Assembly (NCBI RefSeq): GCF_902459465.1
Contig: NW_022985708.1
Location: 62,001 to 126,000 of the forward strand
DNA length: 64,000 bases
From: Asterias rubens
Lineage: Eukaryota
Direction of reading: 5' to 3'
Positions 63,201 to 64,000 of this stretch are shown piece after piece. The notes below the pieces were generated by a model. It searched no databases and was not told the DNA's origin. It saw only the letters and a list, made by a program, of their open reading frames with translations. The position numbers were made by a program, and so were the translations under genes. The first letter of the stretch is position 1. Every line of letters begins with the position of its first letter.

Positions 63201-64000
63201 ACTGTGCTGAGAGTGGCTAAATTATCAAAGTTGTTTCTAGCACTGGATAAAGGAACATTGCCATCACAAGAGGGGAAAACTCTGGACAACATTGAATTTG
63301 AGGATGACACTGAAGGTAATTAAAAATATTAGAGTATTTGCCACTTTCATCTGTTTCTGCTACATCTACTTATCTAATGTTGGTGCTCTTTATTGTATTG
63401 CCCATTATGCTACTTTAGTCCTTGTGATATTTCCCCCTGCTTTTGCCAATAGTTTTCATGTTACTTCCACCTCACCTCACTACCACTCCAACACCCTCGT
63501 CACTCTTGCAATTTACCTAGTCTTCTCATCATCACCAAACCATATTCAACCCTGCCCTGAACCCTATCAGTCCTAAGCCAATGTACCAAAAATTTAAAAT
63601 ACAGCATACTGACTACTGTTCATCAACCATCTCCACACCATCTTCCCAGCCTTCCCCTCTTTCAATGTACCAAGGTTTTTTTGAAAAGTAGCTTATGTGA
63701 CTTTTGACTTACCTGTGCCTTTTTGGGATTGGTTTTTATAATTTTATGCAGAGTCAGAAGCAGAGTCAGATGGAGAAGAGTCATCAAGGGAAGACAATGA
63801 AGATGAAGCAAAGCAGTCTTCAAGATCATCATCAGCTAGTGGTAACTTTGCTTGAATACTTTGCATTTCTTCTTGACTTTAAGAGATTTTCATTTCCGCA
63901 TAAGTTTAATTAAACTCTGAGTTGACAAGTTTTAACCACAACTATTGGTTTGTAGATGCTGTTTTGGATATTTTAATTGAGGAACCCCAACACCTTGCAT
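57258..64000 (+). CDS. Spliced gene: Tudor domain, 16-aa repeats and Crypton-like tyrosine recombinase; continues past the window end
   Basis: Exons 57258-57296, 58649-58730, 59416-59471, 60381-63315, 63752-63841 and on; phases 0, 1, 0, 1 are compatible. Tudor-like FQEGDNVKALWPTDGSWHGAVVVGYSQGRYIVKYNDG; YR motifs LFNRRRQGEV, GKRGR, STKLRKH, FMGHD and HREYY. Confidence 0.75.
57727..58002. mobile_element. Mutator-like MITE, 276 bp (intronic)
   Basis: TIR TAGTCTTGGTTC(A/C)AAGACCATGGTGTTTGC; perfect 9-bp TSD GTATGCAGT (57718-57726, 58003-58011). Confidence 0.88.
59756..60202. mobile_element. hAT-like MITE with 6-bp TSD (intronic)
   Basis: CAGGCATCCAACTCTTC ... GAAGAGTTGCATGCCTG, flanked by TAACAC on both sides. 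Confidence 0.7.
60402..61190 (+). repeat. Coding 48-bp minisatellite, 16.4 copies (DSSNLEQRTSPSVEER)
   Basis: Unit GACTCCAGTAACCTAGAACAGCGCACTTCTCCGTCAGTTGAAGAAAGA; 61170-60402 = 768 = 16 x 48. Confidence 0.95.

Overview
AT-rich animal (metazoan) genomic DNA with GT-AG introns. Some repeats resemble those I recall from echinoderms or sea stars, but the host is not established. The window is almost entirely mobile DNA. In order: (1) the 3' part of an EnSpm/CACTA (CMC) DNA transposon at 1-6736, with a complete, near-identical 9.4-kb copy at 46377-55777 (33-bp TIRs, TT TSD, intact transposase, 6-exon accessory gene); (2) an ~8.4-kb concatemer of parvovirus-like units at 8446-16825, with T-shaped terminal hairpins in both flip and flop forms, HUH/SF3 NS1 pseudogenes, four paralogous small transmembrane ORFs and no recognisable capsid; (3) a non-LTR retrotransposon fragment and several MITEs; (4) a 5S rDNA array whose last copy is cut at about +99 by the 3' end of a degenerate multi-exon Dada-type transposase element; (5) a truncated BEL/Pao LTR retrotransposon; (6) a 3'-truncated UIM-HECT E3 ligase gene; (7) a spliced gene joining a Tudor domain, a 16-aa tandem repeat and a Crypton-like tyrosine recombinase. 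All family assignments come from motif recognition by eye; no database searches were run.
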